Numbered from the stretch's first letter, positions 1-9,624 are shown. The stretch: 64,000 bases of DNA from Candidatus Fermentithermobacillus carboniphilus (GCA_018208355.1 CP062796.1:845777-909776); one strand, 5' to 3'. The notes: generated from the letters alone by a model not told the origin. Made by a program: numbers and translations.

Positions 1-894
1 GATCGTCTCCTTGATGGTCTGTACAACAACGGGCCTTTCCTGTTCGGGGATCTCGGGAATCAATGCATACATGCAGATCCGTTCAAACTCCGGGTCAGAA
101 CTTACAGCGTGAACACCCTTAAGCCGCATAAGTTTGCCAACCAATATCGAAGACCTGATCGAAGGCAGGTACTTATTGGCTTTCACTTCCCGGACTTTTC
201 TAACCATGTTGACCACGCGTTTTGCGTCCTCGGGCAATAGATCCGCCTTCGCCATGCATATGGCGCTCTCGGTCTCTTCGTCAAAATTGCCTAGCTCTAT
301 AGTGGCCATCCGGTCCAAGAGAGCGTCGGCGGTCTTTTGGATACCTGCATAATCTCTGGGATTACTTGTGAAAATGGCGGCGAAATCTGGGTGGACTTTT
401 AGATATCCACCATAACCCGATACGAGCGGGAGGGGCAACAAGCGTTCTTCCAAGACTGGCAAGAACACGTTATTGGTCTCAGGCCTTGATCTTGTAAATT
501 CGTCATATATGAGAGTGTAGCCGTTCTTGCAGGCCTCAAGCAGTACTCCATGAGTCCAGTAAAGGCTGGTGCTTTCCTCTGCCCTTACGACAGTGCGGAT
601 GTAGTTGTCCAGCACTTTTTTCCGTATATAGCCCTGGAGGCCCCCAACGAAATCGGAAGCAGCCAAATCGTAATCTCCGTATATGATCATGGCGGGCCGC
701 CCGATTTTCGCTGCAACGTGCATGGCCAGCGTGGTCTTTCCTACTCCGGCAGGCCCCTTGAAATGGATGGGCAAACCAACCTTCACGTAGTCCAACGCGC
801 GCGAGGTTATCTCACGGATATACGGAGTTTCCACAAAGTCTTCTCCAGGTTTGGGTAAAAAGGTGGTGAGGGATTCTTTAATATTCTCGGTCAT
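1..894 (-). CDS. gvpN: Gas vesicle AAA+ ATPase GvpN (3' end beyond window edge)
   Basis: Not in the ORF track; hand translation from ATG at 894 (RBS GAGG) gives MTENIKESLTTFLPKPGEDFVETP...HFKGPAGVGKTTLAMHVA...TLIYDEFTRSRPETNNVFLPVLEE...HPDFAAIFTSNP. Walker A/B and GvpN-typical motifs; downstream of gvpA. Confidence 0.92.
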   Translation of the reverse strand, partial: MTENIKESLTTFLPKPGEDFVETPYIREITSRALDYVKVGLPIHFKGPAGVGKTTLAMHVAAKIGRPAMIIYGDYDLAASDFVGGLQGYIRKKVLDNYIRTVVRAEESTSLYWTHGVLLEACKNGYTLIYDEFTRSRPETNNVFLPVLEERLLPLPLVSGYGGYLKVHPDFAAIFTSNPRDYAGIQKTADALLDRMATIELGNFDEETESAICMAKADLLPEDAKRVVNMVRKVREVKANKYLPSIRSSILVGKLMRLKGVHAVSSDPEFERICMYALIPEIPEQERPVVVQTIKETI

Positions 895-930
895 GTTGTT
901 ATCGACCTCGCCCCATTTCGAATGTACAAT

Positions 931-1305
931 CTAATAAACGATCTCACCCGGCTTTTGCCTGTAAGAAGGCGACAAAGCGGATTGTTGTGATTTCGATGAG
1001 TCGATATCTAGCGGATGATATATAGACGCAACCCTTAACCTGGTGAGCGCGCGATTTTTGTCGATAGTTTTGGAGAGCCTCGCTTGGGCTTTCATGAGGC
1101 GCCGTCTGAATCGCCCGGTAGCCGATTGAATTTTGTCTTTACGCTTTGTTTCTGTTTCTAAAAGCCGGAGCAAGCCGCGGTCGAGAAGCCTTTCTTGCAG
1201 AACCCATCCCTTTTCCGATAGTCCATAATCCTTCATCCTGGCAAGCATAAGGCCGCTTGCGACATGCCGCGTTTTAAGTGTTTTCACCGGTCTCGTAGAC
1301 TGCAT
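931..1305 (-). CDS. Basic hypothetical protein in gas vesicle cluster
   Basis: 124-aa ORF with RBS (GGGGGAG), co-oriented between the coiled-coil gene and gvpN. Confidence 0.65.
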   Translation of the reverse strand: MQSTRPVKTLKTRHVASGLMLARMKDYGLSEKGWVLQERLLDRGLLRLLETETKRKDKIQSATGRFRRRLMKAQARLSKTIDKNRALTRLRVASIYHPLDIDSSKSQQSALSPSYRQKPGEIVY

Positions 1306-1918
1306 GGTGATTTCTCCCCCTATCCCTTAAGAGGCGATCAAGAAGGGTCTTCTCTGTCAATCTCAGATTTTTGACATCTTCAGTCCTTAAAAGTTCGCCT
1401 TTTTTAAGAAGATTTTTAAGTTTTTGATTCAGGCCTTTTATAGCCTTATTGAACGTTCTCAACCTTTGCTCCATATCCAGAAAAGTGCCGAGGATGCGGT
1501 CTGCTTCATTTTCCATCTCGTCTCGTATCTCTTTTAGAACCGCATAAAGATTCTTTTCGTTTGCCTCCAGTACTTTGTTTCTCATTAGGGCCAGCCTGAC
1601 CCGTTCACGTGAAAGGTAATCCTTCAAGATTTCTTCCAGTCGTTTTTGTTCGATCTCCAGTTCGACCCTCTTACTTTCCAGGAGCTGCATGACGTCATCC
1701 ATCATGGCATCGAAATCTTTTTTTCGGAGAGAACAGTTTTTGGCCAAAATTTCTTTGAGCCTGGTACTAACCTCTTCCCTTTCACGGAATGCAGCGGTCA
1801 AATCGGTATTCGCGTCCCGGATAGCGCGGTATGCAGTATCGATGAGAAACCTGATACTCTCTACTTTGGACTCATATGAATCTAATAGCTCGACGATCAA
1901 CTGTTTGATATCGTGCAT
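1274..1918 (-). CDS. Coiled-coil protein in gas vesicle cluster (gvpC position)
   Basis: Probable start ATG 1918 (MHDIKQLIVELLDSYESKV...) with RBS GAGGTGG; E/K/L/R-rich helical sequence directly after gvpA. Confidence 0.7.
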   Translation of the reverse strand: MHDIKQLIVELLDSYESKVESIRFLIDTAYRAIRDANTDLTAAFREREEVSTRLKEILAKNCSLRKKDFDAMMDDVMQLLESKRVELEIEQKRLEEILKDYLSRERVRLALMRNKVLEANEKNLYAVLKEIRDEMENEADRILGTFLDMEQRLRTFNKAIKGLNQKLKNLLKKGELLRTEDVKNLRLTEKTLLDRLLRDRGRNHHAVYETGENT

Positions 1919-2007
1919 CCGGTACCACCTCAAACTGGAGATAGGAATTGGCAAGGTACGCTCTTCACACACGAGGATGCCTTGGCAATTCCCCCCACAG
2001 TGACTCA

Positions 2008-2211
2008 TCAGGCCTCGCTGGTGAGCCCTACCGCTTCGGCATATCTGAGATAGGTCTCCACCGAGGCAACCACGACTCTCGCCTCAATGGCCAAGAGTTC
2101 TAAACCAAGCACGGATACCCTTGCCCACGCATCAATCACAACGCCCTGCGTAAGAATCCTATCGATAACCTCAGCAAGCCCTGAGGGTGCGAGCGCCGTC
2201 TTCACTGCCAT
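2008..2211 (-). CDS. gvpA: Gas vesicle structural protein GvpA
   Basis: [54 protein letters not shown] matches the GvpA signature. Confidence 0.96.
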   Translation of the reverse strand: MAVKTALAPSGLAEVIDRILTQGVVIDAWARVSVLGLELLAIEARVVVASVETYLRYAEAVGLTSEA

Positions 2212-2290
2212 GTCTCCTCACCTCCTTCTAAGGTGGTATGGCGATCATGAGCCGCTTGGCCCCCACCTTTCCGATGGCAAACGGATCGGG

Positions 2291-2506
2291 TCATCCGACC
2301 GGCCGGGCATGCGACCTGTTGAATACCCCTGGTACCGGCTTCTCACAACGCGCCCCGCACTTGGGACAATACCTGTAATTCCTCCAAAACCGCCAGGCCT
2401 CTCCGCAGTTGCTGCAGGTGATAGTCAACCGCTCCCCACACTGCGTGCAGTAAGTTTCGAAGGCAGCAACGGGTCGGCCGCAACTCGGACACTTGATCGC
2501 ACCCAA
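2291..2506 (-). CDS. Double zinc-ribbon protein
   Basis: Four CxxC motifs (CPSC, CTQC, CSNC, CPKC); likely TTG start at 2506 after a G-rich RBS. Confidence 0.75.
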   Translation of the reverse strand: MGAIKCPSCGRPVAAFETYCTQCGERLTITCSNCGEAWRFWRNYRYCPKCGARCEKPVPGVFNRSHARPVG

Positions 2507-2546
2507 TGAAAGCCCCCCTAGATTTACCTCCTGCATTGGTTCGATC

Positions 2547-2577
2547 TAACTTATGTCACCCCTACTTGCCGTGTTAC
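2547..2577 (-). promoter_or_regulatory. SigK-like promoter upstream of the gvp cluster
   Basis: Minus strand GTAACA-N16-CATAAGTTA fits the SigK consensus AC(A/C)-N16-CATAnnnT(A/G). Confidence 0.6.
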
Positions 2578-2800
2578 TATTGACGCTTCTTTGGTATGCG
2601 ACGAAACAATCTCGATGGGGCACGTACAGGCGTTCCTCCCTGCGAAGCAAGCACGACGAGGCCGGGCATACGCGCATGCTCGTGAACCGGGCATTATGAA
2701 AAAAACTAAGACTGACGGTACGCCGGCAGGTGAAACTCAAGGCTTCTTCGCCTCGGCAAGCCGCGATGCCCTGTCAGACTTCACTCAACCCTCAGATAGG

Positions 2801-3211
2801 TCATTGCTCAACTAACTGTTGAGGAACACCGTCAAGTTCGTTGTCCGTGTCAGGAGTATCCTGCGGGCTATCCCTACTCGGTGCTGACTCCTCTTCTCTC
2901 TTCTCTGAGTTTGGAGGGACATATTCAACTATTTTGAGCGTCCCCACTTCCACAAAAGTCGGAGCCGAACCGCCCACTGGTTCCTGCTGTCTGGTAGACA
3001 AACCTTCTCGAGGCTTTTGCACGAATATGGTAAGCCCGTTTGCGCTCTGCCTCACCGTCGGCGCCCCTGAACATGAGATAATAAGCCAGATGGCCCTGAG
3101 CTTTGCTTTGCAGATCCGGATGAACCTCTTAAACCCTTGTCGTGAGCGTTCAAGAACTTCTTTTACCCCATGCACCGCCCAACCGTCGTCCCGAGTTCCT
3201 CTCAAGTGCAT
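2801..3211 (-). CDS. Hypothetical protein
   Basis: ATG with GGGGGAG RBS, co-oriented with neighbours; no family recognised. Confidence 0.5.
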   Translation of the reverse strand: MHLRGTRDDGWAVHGVKEVLERSRQGFKRFIRICKAKLRAIWLIISCSGAPTVRQSANGLTIFVQKPREGLSTRQQEPVGGSAPTFVEVGTLKIVEYVPPNSEKREEESAPSRDSPQDTPDTDNELDGVPQQLVEQ

Positions 3212-3281
3212 CTCCCCCAATCCAAGTCATAAATATTGTGGAGAGAACAGGAGTGAGCCTGTCTCTCCACACCTCGGGACC

Positions 3282-3827
3282 TTACGGGTCGATAGGATTG
3301 TCTACGGGGTTCGGTACATCGGGATCCAGCACTACTTTGACACTCTTGAGCTGGCAAGTTTGACACGTGAACGGACCTATCTGAATCTGGCCGAACACCG
3401 ACCCACCGCCGGGAGTAATCCCCGTTCCGGTGCAAGTCAAAGTAGGCGTTGTGCAACCTCCTGCAGTGACCTTGATCTGGTTGGTCGGCCCGAGAACTCC
3501 CTGAACAGTCCTAGTTGCCTGTAGGAGCACAACACTGTTATCGTCAAGGAGCACGGTGAAGTATATTGTTGCGTTGAACTGCACCTCGAGCGTCCCGGCA
3601 ACATCTACTATCTGCATAGTACCCGGGAAAATGGTTGCCGCACAACTTATGATCTGCTGGATGGTTCTTCCCGCAGGAGCGGCTACAGTGATAACTCCGG
3701 ATGTCGTAGCCTGGAAACTCTTCGTGACCAGTACCTCTACAGAACACAACCGGACCGCTGAACTAGGTGTTCCTGCGAACGTCTGCAGAAAGGAATCCGC
3801 GCCTGGTGTCAGGTTTACATCTCCCAT
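3282..3827 (-). CDS. Thr/Val/Gly/Cys-rich beta-type protein, possible spore coat or exosporium protein
   Basis: Strong RBS, 181 aa, no signal peptide, several Cys, SigK-like promoter upstream; function inferred. Confidence 0.6.
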   Translation of the reverse strand: MGDVNLTPGADSFLQTFAGTPSSAVRLCSVEVLVTKSFQATTSGVITVAAPAGRTIQQIISCAATIFPGTMQIVDVAGTLEVQFNATIYFTVLLDDNSVVLLQATRTVQGVLGPTNQIKVTAGGCTTPTLTCTGTGITPGGGSVFGQIQIGPFTCQTCQLKSVKVVLDPDVPNPVDNPIDP

Positions 3828-3862
3828 CGCTCTCCCTCCCTTCTTTCATCTCCGAGTCGCTA

Positions 3863-3893
3863 CATAATACGCACGAGGGGTCGACGGTGTTAC
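3863..3893 (-). promoter_or_regulatory. SigK-like promoter
   Basis: Minus strand GTAACA-N16-CGTATTATG; same GTAACAC element as the gvp promoter, one mismatch in the -10 box. Confidence 0.45.
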
Positions 3894-4079
3894 GTAAACT
3901 TGAGACACACAATCTCAGTGAAACCGGGCAAAGCCAACAAAACGCAACATATTACGTAAAGCCCGCCTCAGGGGCAAGGCAGATGTACTTCTTAACGGTG
4001 TTGCGGTCGAGGCCGATCTGTAATACATCGACATACTCACATTCGAAGCCCAGGTAGACACTCAAAAGACACTCTTCGG

Positions 4080-4700
4080 TTGCCGGATGTAGGAGTACAG
4101 AGCATCTGTGGCGTATTCATTTATCCAGAGGTGACATCATTGACTGAACAAGAACGCCTGTTTTGGGTAAGTAAGGCCATGGCTCTCGGAGCATCCCAGG
4201 CATGGATGATTGCCATCGACGATGTTGTGATGGACCCAAGGGCCCGCCTGAAATGCCGCGTTCCGCTGTGTTCGAGCTTCGGCAAGAACCTCATGTGTCC
4301 TCCGTTCCTCCTTTCATACAGGGAGAGCGAGGAAGCGATCAGGAGGTATAACTGGGGTTTGCTGGTAAAGCTAGAAGTACAGGCCATAATTGAAAGAGAC
4401 CGTGACTTAATCCACGCCGGTGCACTTGATCTCCACAAGATCATAAATCAGCTGGAAAAGGTAGCATTCGAGAGAGGGTACAGGTTTGCTGCCGGGCTAA
4501 TCGGCGGGACGTGCAGACTGTGTGACAGGTGCGCGGCAGAAACGGGAGGAACCATTTGCAGGCATCCGTTTGAAGCAAGGCCTTCGATGGAAGCAATGGG
4601 CATTGATGTAGTGGCTACACTTGAGCGGCTAGGTATCGAAGCACCAGAATTTCCCCCGAGGGACAAAGTGGAGTGGATCGGCCTGCTATTGCTCGAGTAG
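4080..4700 (+). CDS. DUF2284 family predicted metal-binding protein
   Basis: RLKCRVPLCSSFGKNLMCPP, GGTCRLCDRC, CRHPFEARPSMEAMGIDV; start uncertain. Confidence 0.85.
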   Translation: MPDVGVQSICGVFIYPEVTSLTEQERLFWVSKAMALGASQAWMIAIDDVVMDPRARLKCRVPLCSSFGKNLMCPPFLLSYRESEEAIRRYNWGLLVKLEVQAIIERDRDLIHAGALDLHKIINQLEKVAFERGYRFAAGLIGGTCRLCDRCAAETGGTICRHPFEARPSMEAMGIDVVATLERLGIEAPEFPPRDKVEWIGLLLLE

Positions 4701-4956
4701 GTCTAGGAGGGGAAACAGTGAGCGGGAATAGATACGCGAAAGAGAAAGCCTGAATAGTCACGGACATACAAATTGGCTTCCCAATTGGCATTTAGTTGAC
4801 TGGTACCTCCTACTTGGTCACCTCCAACTCGAGCTCCCTTAGTGACCCAACGCTCAGGCACTCTGTGCCACCCCAGACCCCTTTCGAATTCGGAGGGCAC
4901 TGTCGAGAAACTCATTTGATTCCAAAACGTGGTTATGTCCCTGCTCTTATCTTATA

Positions 4957-4988
4957 ACCGGGGGACGGGATGGAACCCCGCCCCCGGT
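4957..4988. terminator. Stem-loop between convergent genes
   Basis: ACCGGGGG...CCCCCGGT inverted repeat just after the permease stop. Confidence 0.6.
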
Positions 4989-5001
4989 AAGAGTCAATGT
5001 T

Positions 5002-6285
5002 TCAAGAACCCCTTGAGAGCTTCATAATCAACCAATAGCTGATCAAGGAGGCAAGCAGACCTTGGAACGCCGGAACGCCGGCGGTGAAGGCCTTAGCGAC
5101 TATTATACCAATAGCCCATGCAGCGAACGCCTGCCACCTGAATGAAACGATCATGCTAGATACATCAACGCCGTCAACCCTGTCAATGTTGCGCAGTAGG
5201 AAGAAGTGGCTGATCAGAACACCGGCGATTGGCGGTGAAAACACAGAGATGGCACTAAGTAACTGCCCAAATCTGCCGGCTAACCCCGCAAGACCGAAAG
5301 ACAGGGCGATGCTGGTTGCCAGGACGTCCCAAAATGCTCGTGGCAATTTGAGCCCGATAATGTCCCCTATGTTTGAAAAGGCTAGCGCAAAACTCCACAC
5401 GTTGTTGTCTGCTGTCGTCCACATAGCCAGAAACAGCACTATGAACGCCGGAACCAAGAGCCCCAGTCTCGCCATTACTTGTACAAAGTTCCCAGACCCT
5501 GTTATAATCGCTGAGGCAGTAGATATCCCCTCAAACACCGCAGCACCCACAACCCAGCTTACCAAGGTGGATGCAGCTACATGTACGGGCTTCTTCGCAT
5601 ACCGTCCGATGTCTGAAACCATTGAGACTCCAGTTATCCAGCATGCAATTACGGACGATATGGCCGCTCCCAAGCTTATTGGCTTTTCAGGAATCCTAGT
5701 AAGAATAACTCCCAACCCTCCGCCGGTTTTGGATAAGACAAACAGTGCAGAGAACCCCAAGATGATGAGAGACGGAACCGCGATTCTGCTAAGATATGCC
5801 AGGCCTTTGAAACCAAATATCGATGACAGAGTAATGGCGACTGCGAAAATGACTTGTGCCAAGGGTACGGGAACGCTTGGAATCAAGGCATTTAGCGCAG
5901 TACCTACAGTTCCGATTAGTGTTCCGACGATAGCCATGACAGTAATCCCTATGACACCCGATGGTATGGTAGCTCCTACACGCCCGAACACAATTCTCGA
6001 GTTCAGGTATGTAGTCAGCCCCGTTTTTTGGCCAATTAGTCCTGAGTAATACCCCAAGACTGCGAGGACCAAGTTCCCGAGGATTATAGCAACCATAGCG
6101 TTGGCAAATGTGACACCTGCCCCCAAAACAGAACCTAACAGAAATGCAGTAGGACTTATCACAAACCCCGCGAGTGTGACAACGACATCGTAGGCCGATT
6201 TCCTGTCTTCTGGTGCAACGGGCTTGAGAGCGTAATCTTCCATTGTATGAGCGATGCTAGAGTGGCTCTCAGGAGACGTTGACAT
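5002..6285 (-). CDS. NCS1 family (cytosine permease-like) transporter
   Basis: Multi-TM protein with EDYALKPV N-terminus and SDIGRYAK and WTTADNN motifs of CodB-like permeases. Confidence 0.88.
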   Translation of the reverse strand: MSTSPESHSSIAHTMEDYALKPVAPEDRKSAYDVVVTLAGFVISPTAFLLGSVLGAGVTFANAMVAIILGNLVLAVLGYYSGLIGQKTGLTTYLNSRIVFGRVGATIPSGVIGITVMAIVGTLIGTVGTALNALIPSVPVPLAQVIFAVAITLSSIFGFKGLAYLSRIAVPSLIILGFSALFVLSKTGGGLGVILTRIPEKPISLGAAISSVIACWITGVSMVSDIGRYAKKPVHVAASTLVSWVVGAAVFEGISTASAIITGSGNFVQVMARLGLLVPAFIVLFLAMWTTADNNVWSFALAFSNIGDIIGLKLPRAFWDVLATSIALSFGLAGLAGRFGQLLSAISVFSPPIAGVLISHFFLLRNIDRVDGVDVSSMIVSFRWQAFAAWAIGIIVAKAFTAGVPAFQGLLASLISYWLIMKLSRGS

Positions 6286-6388
6286 TCGGCTGCCTCCTTT
6301 CAAAAGTGTATATGACCGACGCGAGATACTGAAATCTACAAGCAGCTCTTGGGAGACTGTAGTTGCAAACTGTCACCCCCTATCGTTG

Positions 6389-8041
6389 TCAGCGTGTGAA
6401 TATAGCAGGCCCGTCTGTCGTTACCACAAAACTGTCTTCAACGCCAATCGAATGTCTCTTGTATCCCCACTGCCACTCAAAACACCCTATCATTCCAGGT
6501 TTAAGACGGCGTTGGTCATTCTTGGCGAAGCAAAGGTTGGCTGGTTCTTCCTTACCCATGACGTGGCCAACATCACGTGTGAATACGTCAGATAAGTGCT
6601 CTATATGAAGTGGGATGAGCCCCAAGGTCCTGATAAAGTCAAGTTTCTGGTCTACTGCACCACACGAGACTTTATAGACGTCGCTTCCTGTCGCATTGGC
6701 CTTTGCTGCAGGTATTCCCGTCTCGAGCATAATTTTCTCAAGTAAGCCGTAGAGGCTTTCAGCTTCCCTATTAAAGCAGGCTGTCCTGGCTACGTCCGAG
6801 ACCCCTCTCAGGAACCCGGACTCGTCGTACAGCTTGATTCCTGAATCAAATTTCAGAGAATTGCTGTGCCTTGTAACCAGATAATCCTTGTAGCAAGACG
6901 GAGATTCGCTACGGTTTCCCGAGTGCAGATTGGCAAAGTAAACCTCATACGTTAGGGGAACTCCGTGTGCGTCCATGAATTCATCGATACGGTTGATGTA
7001 AAAGCCGTAAACATCTTTCTCGTTGACTGGCCAACCTTCACGGACGCGTCGGCTTGTCTCATCCAGTGCTGCCTCGATGCCGCGGATAGACGCTAACCCC
7101 GCTATGATGTAGGCGGCAAGGTCGTTTCCGGCCCATTCTTCTCTCCAATCTCTAATAATCGCTGATGCAGGGACCGTCTCGCGTGAATCAAGGCCGAGAC
7201 CGAGGTACTCTCCAACACTCATGTCCTCTTCTTCTATACCAATCACTCCATCGGGGAGGAGTGCCCGGAACCGCGGAACGTCTACAACCCCATGACCTTG
7301 ACGCATGGTTCCTAACTTGTTTGTGAAAACAACTGTTACTTCTCTTTTGCCCGTTTGATAGAGAGCGATGATTCCACCTCGGTTCCACCTTTGTGGAATT
7401 CCTGCTATTTCTTGGACATTCAGAGGCGAAGTCACGATCACTCCGGCTAGCTTATGCTCTAATAGATACCTATCAAGTACCTCAAAGCGCCCGAAACCTG
7501 AGAGGTCGAGGTACTGTTTGAGAATAGTCTTCTTGTCGGTCTTTAGAGTATCAACTAAAGAACCGGCAATTGCAGTAAGCTGGGGACGAAGGGAGTTCAA
7601 AAGCTGTTCCACAGCATCTGTGCTTTGCTTGAACACGGTGCCAGACACCAATTGAAATTTCTCGGGCAGCCTTGTGTTAACGGTTTTTCGAATAGATTCG
7701 TAAAGAGCTACAGGTGTTTCATAATCGACGATAAGTTCCTCATCGCCACATGCAGCATGTATCGCGGCAACCGCGTCAGGGTATGGACGCTCGGGACCAG
7801 GCGCAAAGAGGAAATATGGTCTAAAATATCCAATCTTAATATCACCGGGGAGAATCATCCCCTGGAAGTATCCTCGCTCATGCATTCTGCCAAAAGCAAA
7901 CGTACCTTGTTGGGTTTTTACGATAAACGGTCCATGCATTTTCCAAGATGCTAGCTGTAGTTTGGGGAACAGGAAATCTCTGAAAACGTCTAGGCCAGTC
8001 TCCTGGCGTATCCTGAAGGGGTTGATAATTAGTTCGGCCAT
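6389..8041 (-). CDS. Divergent M24 (pita-bread fold) peptidase/amidohydrolase
   Basis: C-terminal FDSG, SDVART, GHVMG, FEW and VED supply the D,D,H,E,E metal ligands; long N-terminal region. Confidence 0.75.
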   Translation of the reverse strand: MAELIINPFRIRQETGLDVFRDFLFPKLQLASWKMHGPFIVKTQQGTFAFGRMHERGYFQGMILPGDIKIGYFRPYFLFAPGPERPYPDAVAAIHAACGDEELIVDYETPVALYESIRKTVNTRLPEKFQLVSGTVFKQSTDAVEQLLNSLRPQLTAIAGSLVDTLKTDKKTILKQYLDLSGFGRFEVLDRYLLEHKLAGVIVTSPLNVQEIAGIPQRWNRGGIIALYQTGKREVTVVFTNKLGTMRQGHGVVDVPRFRALLPDGVIGIEEEDMSVGEYLGLGLDSRETVPASAIIRDWREEWAGNDLAAYIIAGLASIRGIEAALDETSRRVREGWPVNEKDVYGFYINRIDEFMDAHGVPLTYEVYFANLHSGNRSESPSCYKDYLVTRHSNSLKFDSGIKLYDESGFLRGVSDVARTACFNREAESLYGLLEKIMLETGIPAAKANATGSDVYKVSCGAVDQKLDFIRTLGLIPLHIEHLSDVFTRDVGHVMGKEEPANLCFAKNDQRRLKPGMIGCFEWQWGYKRHSIGVEDSFVVTTDGPAIFTR

Positions 8042-8084
8042 TTTACTGTCCTCCTTGGAAAATATGAGGTAGTTTTAGTCAGAC

Positions 8085-9275
8085 TTACTTGAGAATGCCG
8101 AGACTTCGTCCGACTCTCTCAAAGGCTTGAGCTGCGGCATCCAGGTCGTCACGCGTATGGGCCGCCGACACGATGCATCTCAGTCTTTCTTCCCCCCGTG
8201 GGACAACTGGGTAGCAATAACCTTGGACGAAAACTCCTTCGTCCAGTAGACGAGCACTCATCTCCATAGCAACGGCTCCATCGCGTATCATCACAGGCAG
8301 TATCGGAGTTTGAGAAGGGGCAACTTCGAATCCCAGTGATGTCAGCAATCTTCTGAAGTAACGGGTATTATCCCAAAGTCTCGTCCGAATCTCCGGAAGG
8401 CTCTCCATCTTTTTGAAAGCCGCCAAAGCAGAGGCAACAACGTGAGCGGGAACGACGTTGGTGAACCTATAAGTTCTGGCCTTTTGGATGTAATACTCGG
8501 TAAGCAGAGAGCTGGTGGCTATGTAACCGCCAATGCTTCCGCTCATTGCCTTACCCAGGGTGCTAGTTAAGATGTCAATTTGTCCCTCCACACCGAATAG
8601 CTCAGGTGTTCCCCGGCCATTCTCTCCCAGAACGCCTACACCGTGAGCATCGTCTACCATCAACACCGCGTTATAACGACGGGCAATACTGATCAGGTCA
8701 GGAAGAGGAGCCAGATCCCCATCCATGCTAAAAACCCCATCGGTGACAATCAACTTGGTCCGGTAGCCCTCAGCTGCTGCAAGGTCTTTCTCCAGGTGGG
8801 CTAAATCCAGGTGGGGGTAGACATGTATTTTTGCTCCGCTCAGGCGGCACCCATCTATGATGCTAGCGTGGTTGAGAGCATCGCTGAATATCGCATCTCC
8901 TTTACCTACCAGGGTGGCTATTGCACCCACATTAGCGAGAAAACATGAAGGGAAGAGCAAGGCTCGTTCTGTTTTGTGAAAATGGGCGAGGTATTCCTCG
9001 AGAGCAAGGTGAATGTCGGTAACCCCGCATATCCTGGGGCCTGAAGATTCCCCCGCGCCGTAGCGTCTTAAGATTTTCTCTGTCTCTTGAACTACCTCAG
9101 GATCTGAAGCTAAACCAAGATAGTTAGTTGAGGTAAGTATTATTGTATCTCGCCCGTCGAGGATGGCGTGAGCTCCCTGTGCACTCGATATTATCCGGCG
9201 ATAACCCCAGAGTCCTTGGCTCTTTAGCTCCTCAAGCTCATCCCGTATCTTGTTTTGAAGTTCTTCTGAAATCAC
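8085..9275 (-). CDS. kbl: Glycine C-acetyltransferase (Kbl)/BioF-family alpha-oxoamine synthase
   Basis: NYLGLA, SDALNHASIIDG, TDGVFSMDGD, DDAHG, TLGKA (PLP Lys), YPVVPRGEERLR. Confidence 0.8.
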   Translation of the reverse strand: MISEELQNKIRDELEELKSQGLWGYRRIISSAQGAHAILDGRDTIILTSTNYLGLASDPEVVQETEKILRRYGAGESSGPRICGVTDIHLALEEYLAHFHKTERALLFPSCFLANVGAIATLVGKGDAIFSDALNHASIIDGCRLSGAKIHVYPHLDLAHLEKDLAAAEGYRTKLIVTDGVFSMDGDLAPLPDLISIARRYNAVLMVDDAHGVGVLGENGRGTPELFGVEGQIDILTSTLGKAMSGSIGGYIATSSLLTEYYIQKARTYRFTNVVPAHVVASALAAFKKMESLPEIRTRLWDNTRYFRRLLTSLGFEVAPSQTPILPVMIRDGAVAMEMSARLLDEGVFVQGYCYPVVPRGEERLRCIVSAAHTRDDLDAAAQAFERVGRSLGILK

Positions 9276-9291
9276 GCTATCACACCTCCGG

Positions 9292-9624
9292 TTAAAGGTC
9301 CCTCAATGCCATGTACAACATAATCAAGTTTTCCGTACTGGAGTTTTCCACTGAATGCTCCTCGCCGGGTGGAATTACAGCGAGATCCCCAGGGCTAAGT
9401 CTTGATCTCTCACCGTGCGAAATCAGGCTGCCAGTACCAGAGACGACGTAGAAGACTTCTAGATAGTCGTGTGTGTTACCGGGAAGTGCGTCATCCGGCA
9501 CGAGTTCAGTGATACCCATTGTTACATTGCCTAGCAGGTTGATTCCCGTTAGCTGCCACGCCGTGCTCTTCTTTCCAACATTCTTCGGTGTACCGGATAT
9601 GCGCATGTTAACGACGAGACTCAT
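9292..9624 (-). CDS. Cupin domain protein
   Basis: THDYLEVFYVVSGTG...PGD..IPPGEEHSVEN cupin motifs. Confidence 0.85.
   Translation of the reverse strand: MSLVVNMRISGTPKNVGKKSTAWQLTGINLLGNVTMGITELVPDDALPGNTHDYLEVFYVVSGTGSLISHGERSRLSPGDLAVIPPGEEHSVENSSTENLIMLYMALRDL

Noticed and set aside
5084-6049. Long antisense ORFs (e.g. 5084-6049, 2841-3524, 34453-35079)
   Set aside because: Shadows of well-supported genes on the opposite strand, with no motifs of their own.
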